Positions 1 through 12,739 of a stretch of DNA of 64,000 nucleotides are shown piece by piece. The position numbers were made by a program, and so were the translations under genes. Source of the stretch: Malacoraja senta. Taxonomy: Eukaryota. The notes under the pieces were generated by a model. It ran no database searches and was not told the DNA's origin. It saw only the letters and a program-made list of their open reading frames with translations. The stretch is from contig JAXLNO010000470.1 in the NCBI GenBank assembly GCA_038087875.1, positions 1-64,000 of the forward strand, in the 5' to 3' direction. Each line of letters opens with the position of its first letter. The first letter of the stretch is position 1.

Positions 1-175
1 GATGGTTGCGTGGATGATTTTTTCTCGAGGTCGTCGAATTTGAGGAAAGGTTTGATTTTAGCTAAGGTACGAAGCTGGAAGAAACTAGCTTTACCACAGA
101 GTTGACTTGCTTGTCAAACTTAAATGCGGAGTCAATATCACGCCAAGGTTTTTGACGTGCGGTTTGACTAAGGAG
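1..175 (-). mobile_element. L2-clade LINE fragment (post-RT region)
   Basis: Reverse complement closely matches the L2 fragment at 19498-19645 (NLAVIFDSALKFDKQVNSVVKASFVQLRTIAKIKPFL). Confidence 0.75.
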
Positions 176-178
176 GTT

Positions 179-1390
179 ACTTGATGTTCAAATTGTTAAC
201 TTGGCTAAGTTTGTATGATCAAGTTGTTGACCTGGTTGAGTGGTTACTGGTTTGCAAATTGTTAACCTAGTAAAATGATCTGAAGGTCAAATGGTTAAGC
301 TAGTTAAGTGGGGCCCTGATGATCAAATGCAGTTGTACAGGGCCCTAGTGAGACCACACCTGGAGTATTGTGTGCAGTTTTGGACTGTTGGCCTTCATAA
401 CAGAGGAGTTGAGTATAGGAGCAAAGAGGTCCTTCTGCAGTTGTACAGGGCCCTAGTGAGACCACACCTGGAGTATTGTGTGCAGTTTTGGTCCCCTAAT
501 TTGAGGAAGGACATTCTTGCTATTGAGGGAGTGCAGCGTAGGTTTACAAGATTAATTCCCGGGATGGCGGGTCTGTCATATACTGAGAGAATGGAGCAGC
601 TGGGCTTGTACACTCTGGAGTTTAGAAGGATGAGAGGGAATCTCATTGAAACATATAAGATTTTAAGGGCTTGGACACGCTAGAGGCAGGAAACATGTTC
701 CTGATGTTGGGGGAGTCCAGAACCAGGGGCCACACACAGTTTAAGAATAAGGAGTTAGCCATTTAGAACGGAGACGAGGAAAACACTTTTTCTCACAGAG
801 AGTGGTGAGTCTGTGGAATTCTCTGCCTCAGAGGGCGGTGGAGGCGGGTTCTCTGGATGCTTTCAAGAGAGAGCTAGATAGGGCTCTTAAAGATAGCGGA
901 GTCAGGGGATATGGGGAGAGGGCAGGAACGGGGTACTGATTGGGGATGATCAGCCATGATCACATTGAATGGCGGTGCTGGCTCGAAGGGCCCGAATGGC
1001 CTACTCCTGCACCTGTTGTCTATTGTCTATTGTCACTTGATGTTCAAATAGTTAACTTGGCTAAGTTTGTATGATCAAGACGTTGACCTGGTTAAGTGGT
1101 TACTGGTTTGCAAATTGTTAACCTCGTAAAATGATCTGAAGGTCAAATGGTTATGCTAGTTAAGTGGGGCCCTAATGGTCATATTGTTAACCGGGTTAAA
1201 TTTGAGCCTGGTGACCTGGTTAGGTGCTACTGGTTTAAATTGTTGACCAGGTTAACTGACATGCCGGTGATGAAATCGGTGACCTGGTGATGAGGGCGGA
1301 TGAGGCCAACCTTGGTCACCGGGGAGATTTGGTCGTGCGCTGGTCAGCTGGTTACCTGCGGGCGCGAGGAACTGCAGGCGCTGGTTTACA
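179..1390. repeat. Degenerate GTTAAC/TGACCTGGTT-rich minisatellite-like tract, split by a CR1 fragment
   Basis: Recurrent gttaac/gttgac/ggtgac+ctggtt units; 179-328 is repeated at 1035-1184. Confidence 0.65.
328..1033 (+). mobile_element. CR1-type LINE, 5'-truncated 3' end
   Basis: [19 protein letters not shown]...RRMRG ORF2 C-terminus, conserved 3' UTR and (CTATTGT)n tail; internal duplication of 328-383. Confidence 0.93.
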
Positions 1391-1465
1391 AGGGGCAGAA
1401 AAAAAACACCGAGCGCTGGAGTAATCTCGGGAGAACGTGGACGGGCGACGTTTCTGAGTCGGGTC

Positions 1466-1782
1466 TTATTCTTAACAGTGTGTGTGGCCCCTGGTTCTGG
1501 ACTCCCCAAACATCGGGAACATTTTCCTGCCTCTAGTGTGTCCAAGCCCTTAACAATCTTATATGTTTCAATGAGAATCCCTCTCATCCTTGTAAACTCC
1601 AGAGTGTACAAGCCCAGCCGCTCCATTCTCTCAGCATATGACAGTCCCGCCATCCCGGGAATTAACCTGGTGAACCTACGCTGGGCTCCCTCAATAGCAA
1701 GAATGTCCTTCCTCAAATTAGGGGACCAAAACTGCACACAATACTCCAGGTGTGGTCTCACTGGGGCCCTGTACAACTGCAT
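1466..1782 (-). mobile_element. CR1-type LINE fragment
   Basis: Minus-strand [25 protein letters not shown]. Confidence 0.9.
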
Positions 1783-2169
1783 TTGAGGGTCGGTGGTCCA
1801 GGGAACTTCTCCGCATCTCCTGGACGAGGCCGAGATGTGTTTCCCCCCCCCCACCTTCGGTCCCTTGCGAAGGCCGGGCGAGAGTTCTGAGGGGGTCATC
1901 GCTGGAGGTCAGAGGGACGGGGGGGAGGGAGGGGAGGTGTTTACTCGGGACGGTGACTGGTTGCCATGGGGGTTGTCTTCCCGCACCACGACCTGCAGCG
2001 TCGCGCCCTCATGGTTCCCCGGCATGCGAGAGACAGAGGGAGAGGGCTGGATCCGGTCCAACAGGTTCACCTCCCCCCCCTCCCCGTAACTGAGGGGAGG
2101 GGAGGACCAGCCTGACTCTGTTGGAACTGGTTTTGGACATCCTCAGCTAAAACTGGCTCGGAAAACAAA

Positions 2170-2325
2170 GGAGGGGGGGGCAGGGGAGTGTGGAGGGGGC
2201 TTGGAGGGTAGGAAGGGGAATAAAGGGGGGTGGGTGGAGGATTGGAAGGGAAGGGGAGGGGTTGGAGGGAGGGGAGTGGAGAAGAGGGTGGAGAGGGAGG
2301 GGAGGTAGGGGGGTGGGTGGAGGTC
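2170..2325 (+). repeat. G-rich purine low-complexity tract (G-quadruplex potential)
   Basis: Many runs of three or more G separated by short spacers. Confidence 0.6.
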
Positions 2326-2396
2326 CCACTCCATCTCCCACCTCTCACCCTGACCCCCAATCAAAGACCCCCCCCAGCCCTTAAGCCCAACCCTGG

Positions 2397-2705
2397 GTAG
2401 AGTGGATGTGGGGAGGATGTTTCCACTAGTGGGAGAGTCTAGGACTAGAGGGCACAGCCTCGGAATTAAAGGACGTTCCTTCAGGAAGGAGATGAGGAGG
2501 AATTTCTTCAGTCAGAGGGTGGTGAATCTGTGGGATAATTTGCCACAGTCGGCTGTGGAGGCCACAAGTCAGTGGGTATTTTTAAGGCAGAGATAGATAG
2601 ATTCTTGATTAGTGCGGGTGTCAGGGGTTATGGGGAGAAGGCAGGAGAATGGGGTTAGGAGGGAGAGATAGATCAGCCATGATTGAATGGCGGAGTAGAC
2701 CTTGA
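2397..2705 (+). mobile_element. CR1-type LINE 3' end (second subfamily)
   Basis: RMFPLVGESRTRGHSL...FFSQRVVNLW plus 3' UTR. Confidence 0.88.
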
Positions 2706-2821
2706 TCCTCGAACTTACAACCTTATGACCTTCAGACTGGGAGGTTGGACAGACTTGGACAGTGTTCTCTGGAACGTCGGAGGTTGAGGAGAGACCTGAT
2801 AGACGTTGATGGAATTGTTGA

Positions 2822-3150
2822 GGGGCGGTCACGGTGGGGCGGGTACAGCGGCGGAGTCGCTGCCTTACAGCGCTTGCAGCGCCGGAGACCCGGGTTCGAT
2901 CCCCACTATGGGCGGCTGTCTGTACGGAGTTCGCACGCTCTCCCCGTGACCCGCGTGGGGTTTTCTCCGAGGTCTTCGGTTTCCTCCCGCACCCCAAACA
3001 CGTGCAGGTTGTAGGTTAATTGGCTCGGTGGTAAATGTAAATCGTCCCTGGTGGGTGTTGGGTGTGTTAGCGTGCGGGGATCGGTGGGTCGGCACGGACC
3101 CGATGGGCCGAAGGGCCTGTTTCAGCGCTGTATCCCTAAACTAAACCAAA
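2822..3150 (+). mobile_element. tRNA-derived V-SINE (HE1-like)
   Basis: B box GGTTCGATCCC, central V-domain-like CGCGTGGGGTTTTCTCC...GGTTTCCTCCC, CR1-like 3' end GGGCCGAAGGGCCTGTTTC and (CTAAA)n tail. Confidence 0.85.
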
Positions 3151-3316
3151 TGAGAGGCCTAGATGGGATATGGAGTCACACTCCTGACGTAGAAGGGGGA
3201 GGGGAGGGGAGGGGGGGGATTGTCTCTCACTATGTGGGGACCTTCGGCCCGACCCCCTCTCCTATCCCCTGGAGAAGTTTGTGGTGGGGTTTGGGTGAGA
3301 AGGGATTAAGGTGGGG

Positions 3317-3768
<452 letters not shown>

Positions 3769-4154
3769 GGTGCGGGCCAACATGTCTCATTGTGTCATTG
3801 AAGGTTCCCGCTGCCCTCATCTCAGTGGAGCAGGTTCTTACCGGCCCAGCACCAGGGTGGGGACGGTTCCTGCCGCCACTGCCTGCATCTGCCCGTATGC
3901 AACCGGTTCAAAACCCGCTTTGGCAGGCGGAGGCGAAAGGGAGGGAGGAGGGGGAGGAATGGTTGGGATGGAACGGCAGGTTCCCACGGTCTGTGGCGTG
4001 TTGGCGCCGTGCTGTGCGGGGGGGGGGGGTGGCTGCCCAACTTAATATTTAATATTTAATAATTTAATATTTCAGCATTTAAGAATATTTGTTTTACTCT
4101 GTATTACGGTGGGTTTGTGTGGACTGTTTCTGGACTGGACATGACATTTTGTAA

Positions 4155-4563
4155 ATAGTTGTTTAAAATTAGTTTTGGTTAAACGATGGGATAGTCCCAG
4201 CCTCAACTACCTCCTCCGGCAGCTCGTTCCATACACCCACCACCCTCTGTGTGGAAAAGTTACCCCTGAGATTCCTATTAAATCTTTTCCCCTTCACCTT
4301 GAACCCATGTCCTCTGGTCCTCGATTCCCCTACTCTGGGCAAGAGACTCTGTGCGTCTACCCGATCTATTCCTCTCATGATTTTGTACACCTCTATAAGA
4401 TCTCCCTCATCTTCCTGCGCTCCATAGAATAGAGACCCAGCCTGTGCTCAACCTCTCCCTGTAGCTCACAACCTCTAGTCCTGGCAACATCCTCGTAAAT
4501 CTTCTCCGAACCCTTTACCAGCTTGACAACATCTTTCCTATAACACGGTGCCCAGAACTGAAT
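4155..4563 (-). mobile_element. CR1-type LINE fragment (third subfamily)
   Basis: YKIMRGIDRVDAQSLLPRVGESRTRGH on the minus strand; same subfamily as 38270-38738. Confidence 0.88.
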
Positions 4564-4574
4564 ATTCGGATGTG

Positions 4575-4748
4575 GACAAAAATGCTGGAGAAACTCAGCA
4601 GGTGAGGCAGCATTCAGTCTGAAGAAGGGGTCTCGACCCGAAACGTCACCTATTCCTCGCTCCATAGATTGCGGCCTCACCCGCTGAGTTTCTCCGGCAT
4701 TTTTGTCTCCCCTTCGATTTTTCCAGCATCTGCAGTTCTTTCTTATAC
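4575..4748 (+). mobile_element. Penelope-like terminal (pLTR) fragment with inverted arms and hammerhead-like core
   Basis: Arms 4575-4613 and about 4668-4707 are inverted repeats around CTGAAGA-AGGGGTCTCGACCC-GAAACGTC. Confidence 0.7.
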
Positions 4749-4772
4749 AATATTCTGAATGCGGTCTCACGA

Positions 4773-4832
4773 ATAGACAATAGACAATAGACAATAGGTG
4801 CAGGAGTAGGCCATTGGGCCCTTCGAGCCAGC

Positions 4833-4878
<46 letters not shown>

Positions 4879-4882
4879 GTGC

Positions 4883-4918
<36 letters not shown>

Positions 4919-5063
4919 ATTCAATGTGATCATGGCTGATCATCCCCAATCAGTACCCCGTTCCTGCCTTCTCCCCATACCCCCTGACTCCACTATCTTT
5001 AAGAGCCCTATCTAGCTCTCTCTTGAAAGCATCCAGAGAACCGGCCTCCACCGCCCTCTGAGG

Positions 5064-5094
<31 letters not shown>

Positions 5095-5434
5095 AGTATA
5101 TGTGTGTGTGAGTGTGTGTGAGTGTGTGTGAGTGTGTGTGTGAGTGTGTGTGTGTGAGTGTGTGTGTGAGTGTGTGTGTGTGTGTGTGTGCGTGTGTGTG
5201 CGTATGTGTGTGTGTGTGTGTGTGTGTGTGTCTGTGTGTGTGTGTGCGTGTGTGTGTGTGTGTGTGTGTGCGTGTGTGTGTGCGTGTGTGTGTGTGCGTG
5301 TGTGTGTGTGTGTGTGTGCGTGTGTGTGCGTGCGTGTGTGTGCGTGTGTGTGTGTGCATGTGTGTGTGTGCATGTGAGTATATGTGTGTGAGTGCGTGTG
5401 TGTGTGTGTGTGAGTGTGTGTGTGAGTGTGTGTG

Positions 5435-5491
<57 letters not shown>

Positions 5492-5810
5492 ATTCAATGT
5501 GATCATGGCTGATCATCCCCAATCAGTACCCCGTTCCTGCCTTCTCCCCATATCCCCTGACTCCGCTATTTTTAAGAGCCCTATCTACCTCTCTCTTGAA
5601 AGCATCCAGAGAACCGGCCTCCACCGCCCTCTGAGGCAGAGAATTCCACAGACACACCACTCTCTGTGAGAAAAAGTGTTTCCTTGTCTCCGTTCTAAAT
5701 GGCTTACTCCTTATTCTTAAACTGTGTGTGTGGCCCCTGGTTCTGGCTCCCCCAACATCGGGAACATGTTTCCCTGCCTCTAGCGTGTCCAAGCCTTAAT
5801 AATCTTGTAT
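4773..5810 (-). mobile_element. Two tandem CR1 3' ends, each carrying a (TG)n tract
   Basis: (ATAGACA)n tail at 4773; 4918-5064 is repeated at 5491-5637; TG tracts at 4833-4917 and 5065-5490. Confidence 0.9.
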
Positions 5811-6266
5811 AACCACCAACGTATTATACAACTGCAACATGACCTCCCAACTTCTATACTCATAGATAGAACAGGTTTGGAGGGATGCGGGCCAAACGCG
5901 GGCGGGTGGGACAAAAAATAGACCTGTTGACCTGCACCTCTTGCGTTAGTATGTAATGACCTTGGAATTTGGCACAGGTCCAGATCTCATCTCCTCCTCT
6001 TTCTCTCTCACCTGCCTTCATCTCTTCTTGCCCTGCGGGGAAGAATGTTCAATCTGGCCGCAACTCAGAGAAATGTCAGGAGGTTCCATCAGGCCGACAA
6101 CTCAACCATGTTGATCCTCATCCTCATCCCCCTCCCCAACTCAGTGTCCCCCCCCCCCCCCCCCCCATTCACCAAAACACTGATGTCACCAGAACCCGCG
6201 GCCAACTGAGGGCAGGATCTAGACGTCAGACACGGAGTGAAGCTCTCTCCGCACCGTCTGGTCGCA

Positions 6267-7121
<855 letters not shown>

Positions 7122-7310
7122 ACCAGAGGAGGTAGTTGAGGCTGGGACTATCCCATAGTTTACGAAACTGTTAGACAGGTACATGGATAGGACAGGTGTG
7201 GAGGGATATGAACCAAACGCGGGCCGGTGGGACAAGTGTAGCTGGGACATGTTGGCCGTGTGGGAAAGTTGGGCCGAAGGGCCTGTTTCCACGCTGCATC
7301 ACTCGATGAC
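7122..7310 (+). mobile_element. CR1-type LINE 3' UTR fragment
   Basis: PEEVVEAGTI then GGGCCGAAGGGCCTGTTTCC 3' end. Confidence 0.8.
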
Positions 7311-7540
7311 TACTTTTGGGGTCAGGGTTAGGACAGGGGTGGGGAACGCCTGTCCTAACCCTGTAGGAATGCCGCATTAAGTTAGCTGTAATCTAATAAG
7401 GCCGCATCCAAGAAACATCAATGAGATGTACTTCAAAATGTGCATTATTTTGTAAAAATCGAACTACTGTGTACTAACTTCAAGAAAATGAAAAAAAAAT
7501 GTTAATTCTAAAGTTAACTAACCTTTTAATGACTTTTAAT

Positions 7541-7672
7541 GTCTGAAGAAGGGTTTAGGCCTGAAACGTTGCCTATCTCCTTCGCTGATAGATGCTGCTG
7601 CACCCGCTGAGTTACTCCAGCATTTTTGTCTACCTTCGATTTTTCCAGCATCTGCAGTTCCTTCTTAAACAC
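7541..7672 (+). mobile_element. Penelope-like terminal fragment
   Basis: CTGAAGAAGGG...GAAACGTTG...CCCGCTGAGTT...CCAGCATTTTTG; homologous to 4617-4748. Confidence 0.7.
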
Positions 7673-7790
7673 TTTTAATTACTTTGTTGTGACTGCTTTT
7701 TGTGGGAAAGCTTTTGAATATTTGGTTGCAACATGGAGGTACGCTGTTTCAGCTGATCTTCTAGATGGGTAGCCGTCATTTGTGACCTTA

Positions 7791-8332
7791 AGATGCCCGT
7801 CTCACGAGTCTGCGGCCATTGGCGGCGAAGCGGGAAGAATCTGCCGCCATAGACCGCGCACTCGTGAGAATGCACAATTCCGGGGCCGTGCGGCCGTGTT
7901 CCCAACACCGCACGGTGCTAAAATAAAACCTACACTGTTGAAAAATATTTTCCTACCGCACAGCCTCCACCAGTGATGCACGAGTGCGGCACGGCCGCCC
8001 GCGCGGGCCGCCGCCAGTGTGGCTCGAGCGCCGTGCGTCAAACTTGCACCGCCACAGCCTCCGCCAGTGAGGCACGTGTGCGGCACGGCCGCAGGCACAG
8101 CCACCGCTACAGCCGCCGCTGGTGAGTCACCTGCGATGACGTCGGCCCGCCCTTTTTTTTACTACCGCAAGCACGTGGGACCAGCCGTATTTGAATTAAC
8201 TCGGCCCCCCGCGCAGCATCCGTGCGGCGCTCCCGTGGATAGGCTCGGCGCTCTCGCCGTTGCCGTGCGGTCCACTCTACAGGCGAAGCCGCGCTTCACC
8301 GCCGATGACTGCAAACACGTAAGACAGAGCCT
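7791..8332. mobile_element. GC-rich non-autonomous DNA transposon (PIF/Harbinger-like MITE), copy 1
   Basis: Imperfect TIRs (GCCCGTCTCAC / GTAAGACAGAGCCT), TTA on both flanks; inverted homologue at 40832-41399. Confidence 0.7.
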
Positions 8333-8819
8333 TTAGGGCGTCTTGACTTGGGTTAGGGAGGAGAACTAAGTCGTAAATTAGGTAGGAGATTCCACAGAGC
8401 GACCACCGAGAGCCTGCTGACGGGCTGCATCACAGTCTGGTACGGGAACTGTTCTGCTGTCCCACAGCCACGAATTCCCCACAGAGAGTGGTGAAGGCGG
8501 CACACAGCACATCACTGGCAACCGCCTCCCGGACATTCAGGACATTTTCCACAGGAGGTGCCTGCGGAAGGCACACAGCATCATCGAGGGCCACAGCCAC
8601 CCAGCACCCAGACGGTTCTCCTTGTTACCGTCAGGCAGACGATACAGGAGCATGGCTGCACGCACCACCAGACTTCAGAACAGTTTTTACCGTCAGGCTT
8701 CTGAACTCATAAAACACATCATATATGTCGATTATTCTATTTATTATTGTCTTTTACCTGCCAATCTCACTTTTATCTGATCTTTTTTAATCTTAATTTT
8801 ATCCTTGTAATATCACTGC

Positions 8820-9325
8820 CTGGGGCGGAAAACCCGGGGGGCCAGAGGGGACACGTCCCCCCCCCCCATGTTTTGAGTGGTGGGGGACATGCCCCCCAGG
8901 TTTTTTGTGATCCGTATTTTAAAATCTCCGCTTTCCGCGAGACAGTGGCGGTGGGACTGATGATCGAGGGCGCGATGATTGGAGGAGGGAGGAGTGGGTG
9001 GTGGGACTGAGGATAGAGCGCGGCGATTGGAGGAAGGAGACGTGGCACAGACCTGCGCCTCATCCGCAGGCAGGTTCGATCCCGGCCGGCTCTCCGGTGC
9101 TGTCCCGAGTGTCCCTCCCCCCCCGCCCCCACGGGTGGCCAGAGAGGTCGGGAGTCAGACGCGAGCTGTGCCCCCAGACCCACAGCCAGCGCAGAGAAAC
9201 AGCGCTAAACCCAGAGCCTCCGAAGCCTCGCGGGCGTGTGTGTGTGAGTGTACGCATGCGCGCGCGGCCGCCGAAAAATTGTGTCCCCCGTCCCCTCCAT
9301 GTTTTGATAGCGAGTTCCGCTCTTG
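8820..9325. mobile_element. hAT-like MITE
   Basis: TIRs CTGGGGCGGAA / TTCCGCTCTTG; 8-bp TSD ATCACTGC (8812-8819) / ATCGCTGC (9326-9333). Confidence 0.8.
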
Positions 9326-9345
9326 ATCGCTGCTAATATCATGTC

Positions 9346-9491
9346 TCAAAGATAGCGGAGTCAGGGGATATGGGGAGAAGGCAGGAACTGGGTACTGATT
9401 GGGGATGATCAGCCACGATCACATTGAATGGCGGTGCTGGCTCGAAGGGCCAAATGGCCTACTCCTGCACCTATTGTCTATTGTCTATTGT
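9346..9491 (+). mobile_element. CR1 3' tail
   Basis: GYGEKAGTGY, 3' UTR and (CTATTGT)n. Confidence 0.85.
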
Positions 9492-9604
9492 GACCCATTG
9501 TCTTGTCAAACACATTTCATTGTATCGTTGACCCTGTGTTAACCTACATATGACAAATAAAACTGAACTGAACTGAACACATGACAATAACTACACTAGA
9601 CGCA

Positions 9605-9806
9605 GACTGGGCCTGCACTCGCCGGAGTTTAGAAGAATGTGGGGGGGGGGGGGGGACGGGACCTCATTGAAACTTACCGAATAGTGAAAGGCCCGGATAG
9701 AGTGGATGTGGAGAGGATGTTTCCACTAGTGGGAGAGTCTAGGACCAGAGGGCACAGCCTCAGAATTAAAGGACGTTCCTTCAGGAAGGAGATGAGGAGG
9801 AATTTC
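9605..9806 (+). mobile_element. CR1 fragment
   Basis: DLIETYRIVKG...MFPLVGESRTRGHSL. Confidence 0.82.
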
Positions 9807-9819
9807 TCCTTCCTGATAT

Positions 9820-10832
9820 ATATCTTATATATATAATATTTTATTAGACAGCGATATTCCATTGACGGACTTACACAGACAAACATGGGAAAAAGAACTA
9901 AATCAAATAATAACGAAAGAAACTTGGGAAGAAAGTTTACAACATATACATCAATGTTCATTAAATGCCAGACATTCTTTAATACAATTTAAAGTAATAC
10001 ATAGGTTACATTATTCTAAAACAAAATTAAATAAAATCTTCCCACATATTTCACCTATATGTGATAAATGTCAACATTTAGAAGCTACCTTATCTCATAT
10101 GTTTGCAAATTGCATAAAAATTAAAAAATTCTGGGCAAATATTTTTAGTATAATATCTAAAGTGACCAGCACACAATTGGACCCGGATCCAAAATTTATA
10201 ATACTAGGAACATTAGAACTAAATCAAACATTTACAACAACTCAAAGAAACTTTATTGATTATAGTATAATAACTGGGAAAAAATTAATTCTAAAATTTT
10301 GGAAAGGCCCTATAACCCCCACAATCAAAATGTGGATTATAGAAATGACGGAGACCTTAAACGTGGAAAGAATTAGACTTGTCCTGTTGGACAAACAGGA
10401 ACTATTTGTTGGAACATGGTCTCCCTTTATTGATTATCTAAAGGGTCAGAACGGTTCAGCACGGGAACCTGACTAGCACTCGAGCCAAGGAATAGATGAA
10501 ATGTTATATTCTGAAATGTACGTATATATCTCGAATTAAGTTTTTTTATCTTAGTAAGTTATTCCATTCTTTATTATCTCTTTTTTTTTGTGTGTGTTTT
10601 CTTTGTTTCTTTTTTTTTTTTTTTTTTTTACTTTTCTCTCTTTTCTTTCTTTATTTCATCTATCTTTTTAGTTCTATTTAGTTTAAAAAAAATTTTAAAA
10701 AAAGTATTGGAGACAATGTAATAATATTTGACAATATTATTAATTTAAAAACGTAAGACTGGTAACGACTTTAATATGATATGTATTTACATCCAATAAA
10801 AAATATTTTCAAAAAAAAAAAAAAAAAAAAAA
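9820..10832 (+). mobile_element. 5'-truncated L1 (same family as 44614-50951)
   Basis: ORF2 C-terminus with CDKC...H...C zinc motif, nearly identical to 49955-50940; AATAAA and poly(A) tail. Confidence 0.92.
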
Positions 10833-11466
10833 GAAAGCGAATGGCATGTTGGCCTTCATAACAAGAGGAGTTGAGCTTAGAAGCAAAGTCCTTCTGCAGT
10901 TGTACAGGGCCCTAGTGAGACCACACTTGGAGTATTGTGTGCAGTTTTGGTCTCCAAATTTGAGGAAGGACATTCTTGCGATTGAGGGAGTGCAGCGTAG
11001 GTTCACCAGGTTAATTCCCGGGATGGCGGGACTTTCATTTGTTGATAGAATGGAGCGGCTGGGCTTGTACACTCTGGAATTTAGAAGGATGAGAGGATAT
11101 CTTATTGAAAAAGATAAGATTATTAAGGGTTTGGACACGCTAGAGTTCCCGATGTTGGGGGAGTCCAGAACCAGGGGCCACATTTTAAGAATAAGGGGTC
11201 GGCCGTTTAGAACGGAGATGAGGAAAAACTTTTTCACACAGATAGTTGTGAGTCTGTGGAATTCTCTGCCTCAGAAGGCGGTGGAGGCCGGTTCTCTGTA
11301 TGCTTTCAAGAGAGGGTTAGAGCTCTTAAAGATAGCGGAGTTAGGGGATATGGGGAGAAGGCAAGAACGGGGTACTGATTGGGGATGATCAGCCATGATC
11401 ACATTGAATGGCGGTGCTGGCTCGAAGGGCCGAATGGCCTACTCCTGCACCTATTGTCTATTGTCT
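10833..11466 (+). mobile_element. CR1 3' end
   Basis: KANGMLAFI...VRPHLEYC...3' UTR and tail. Confidence 0.92.
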
Positions 11467-11904
11467 AATCCAGGTAAACCCCCTGCGCACCCTCTCCAAA
11501 GCCCCCACACCCTTCCTGTAATGGGGGCGACCAGAACTGCACGCAATACTCCAAATAACTTCGTTGGTCTGCGCGGACACGGTAGGCCGAAGGGCCTGTT
11601 TCTCTGCTGTATCTTCCACCAAATCAATTAAAAACCCTGCACCTTGAGTGTGAGCATTGGAAGCAGCTTTTAAGAATAAAAAGTTTAGATAACTCAATAA
11701 GTTAAAAAACAATTTTATTCCAAACATGTACATCAACTCCACAAGAATGATTTTAATACCAAAAGTCCACAGAGTTCAATTCACAAACAGTTACATAATT
11801 GTCAAGGATTTTTAAAGTACAGCGTCAAATTTGTAGAATTAGTTATTTAGTCTTTACAATCGTGCTACAGGCTTGGTGTAGAATAGAGACTACACACACA
11901 TACA

Positions 11905-12668
11905 TACTTTGTGGAGTGGAGTGCACACAATAACCTCCATCTTAACACCACAAAAACCAAGGAGATAGTTGTGGACTTCAGGAGGGGGAGGAGGAGGACT
12001 CAAGCAACACCAATCCCCATTAAGGGCACTGAGGTGGAGGTGGTCGCTAACCACAGGTACCTTGGTGTGCAGCTTGACAGTGAGCTGGACTGGAAGTGTC
12101 ATATGGAGGCGGTGTACAGGAAGGGACAAAGCCGACTGTATTTTTTAAGGAGGCTGAGGGCATTTAACATCTGCCAACCCCTACTGTGCAGTGTCTACCA
12201 TTCAGTGGTGGCCAGGGCTCTGTTTTTTGCTGTGGCCTGTTGGGGAGATGGCGCTCGCAAAAACAGACTGGACAAGCTGATCAGGAAGGCCGGCTCAGTG
12301 GTCGGGGCTGAGCAACGAACGGTCCAGCAGGTGGCAGAGGCCAGAACTCTGAACAAACTGGGTTCTATAATGACCAACCCCACTCACCCACTCCATGCCC
12401 TGAAGGTGATCAAGAGCAGCAGCTTAGTCAGAGACTGATTGCACCAATGTGCAAAACTGAGAAACATAGGAAGTCCTGTTTACCAGCTGCTATAAGGTTA
12501 TACAATGCGCATAAATAACTGTATTTTAATTGTATTTTAACTTGTATTTTAACTTGTTAAGTATGGAAGCTATTTGAGGAAATGTGTGGTGTTATGTCTG
12601 TCTTGAAGCTGTCGTGGCACTGTAATTTCCTGTAAAGGATTATTAAAGGTATATCTTATCTTATCTTA
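11905..12668 (+). mobile_element. Rex1/Babar-type LINE 3' end
   Basis: LHLNTTKTKEIVVDFRR, YLGVQLD, RLYFLRRLR; (TCTTA)n tail; 3' part nearly identical to 42153-42618. Confidence 0.88.
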
Positions 12669-12739
12669 TACACTGGAGCTCCATCTACAACATTCCATCA
12701 CACACAGTCTCCAGGGTCAGTCGCTGAAGTTCTATCAGG

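Larger units (their letters stand above)
8405..9578 (+). mobile_element. Rex1/Babar-type LINE 3' end, interrupted by a hAT MITE and a CR1 tail
   Basis: ESLLTGCITVWYGNC...FRNSF-like coding remnant, AATAAA and (ACTGA)n tail ending near 9578. Confidence 0.7.

Noticed and set aside
2822..2910. tRNA gene
   Set aside because: It is the tRNA-derived head of a SINE, continuing into a V-domain and LINE-like tail; no full cloverleaf.
5950..6260. Possible host exon in non-repeat-looking DNA (also 56072-56330)
   Set aside because: No recognisable protein motif or convincing splice-site pair; cannot be supported without transcript data.
7316..7365. Interstitial telomeric repeat
   Set aside because: Only one or two TTAGG-like units; no array.
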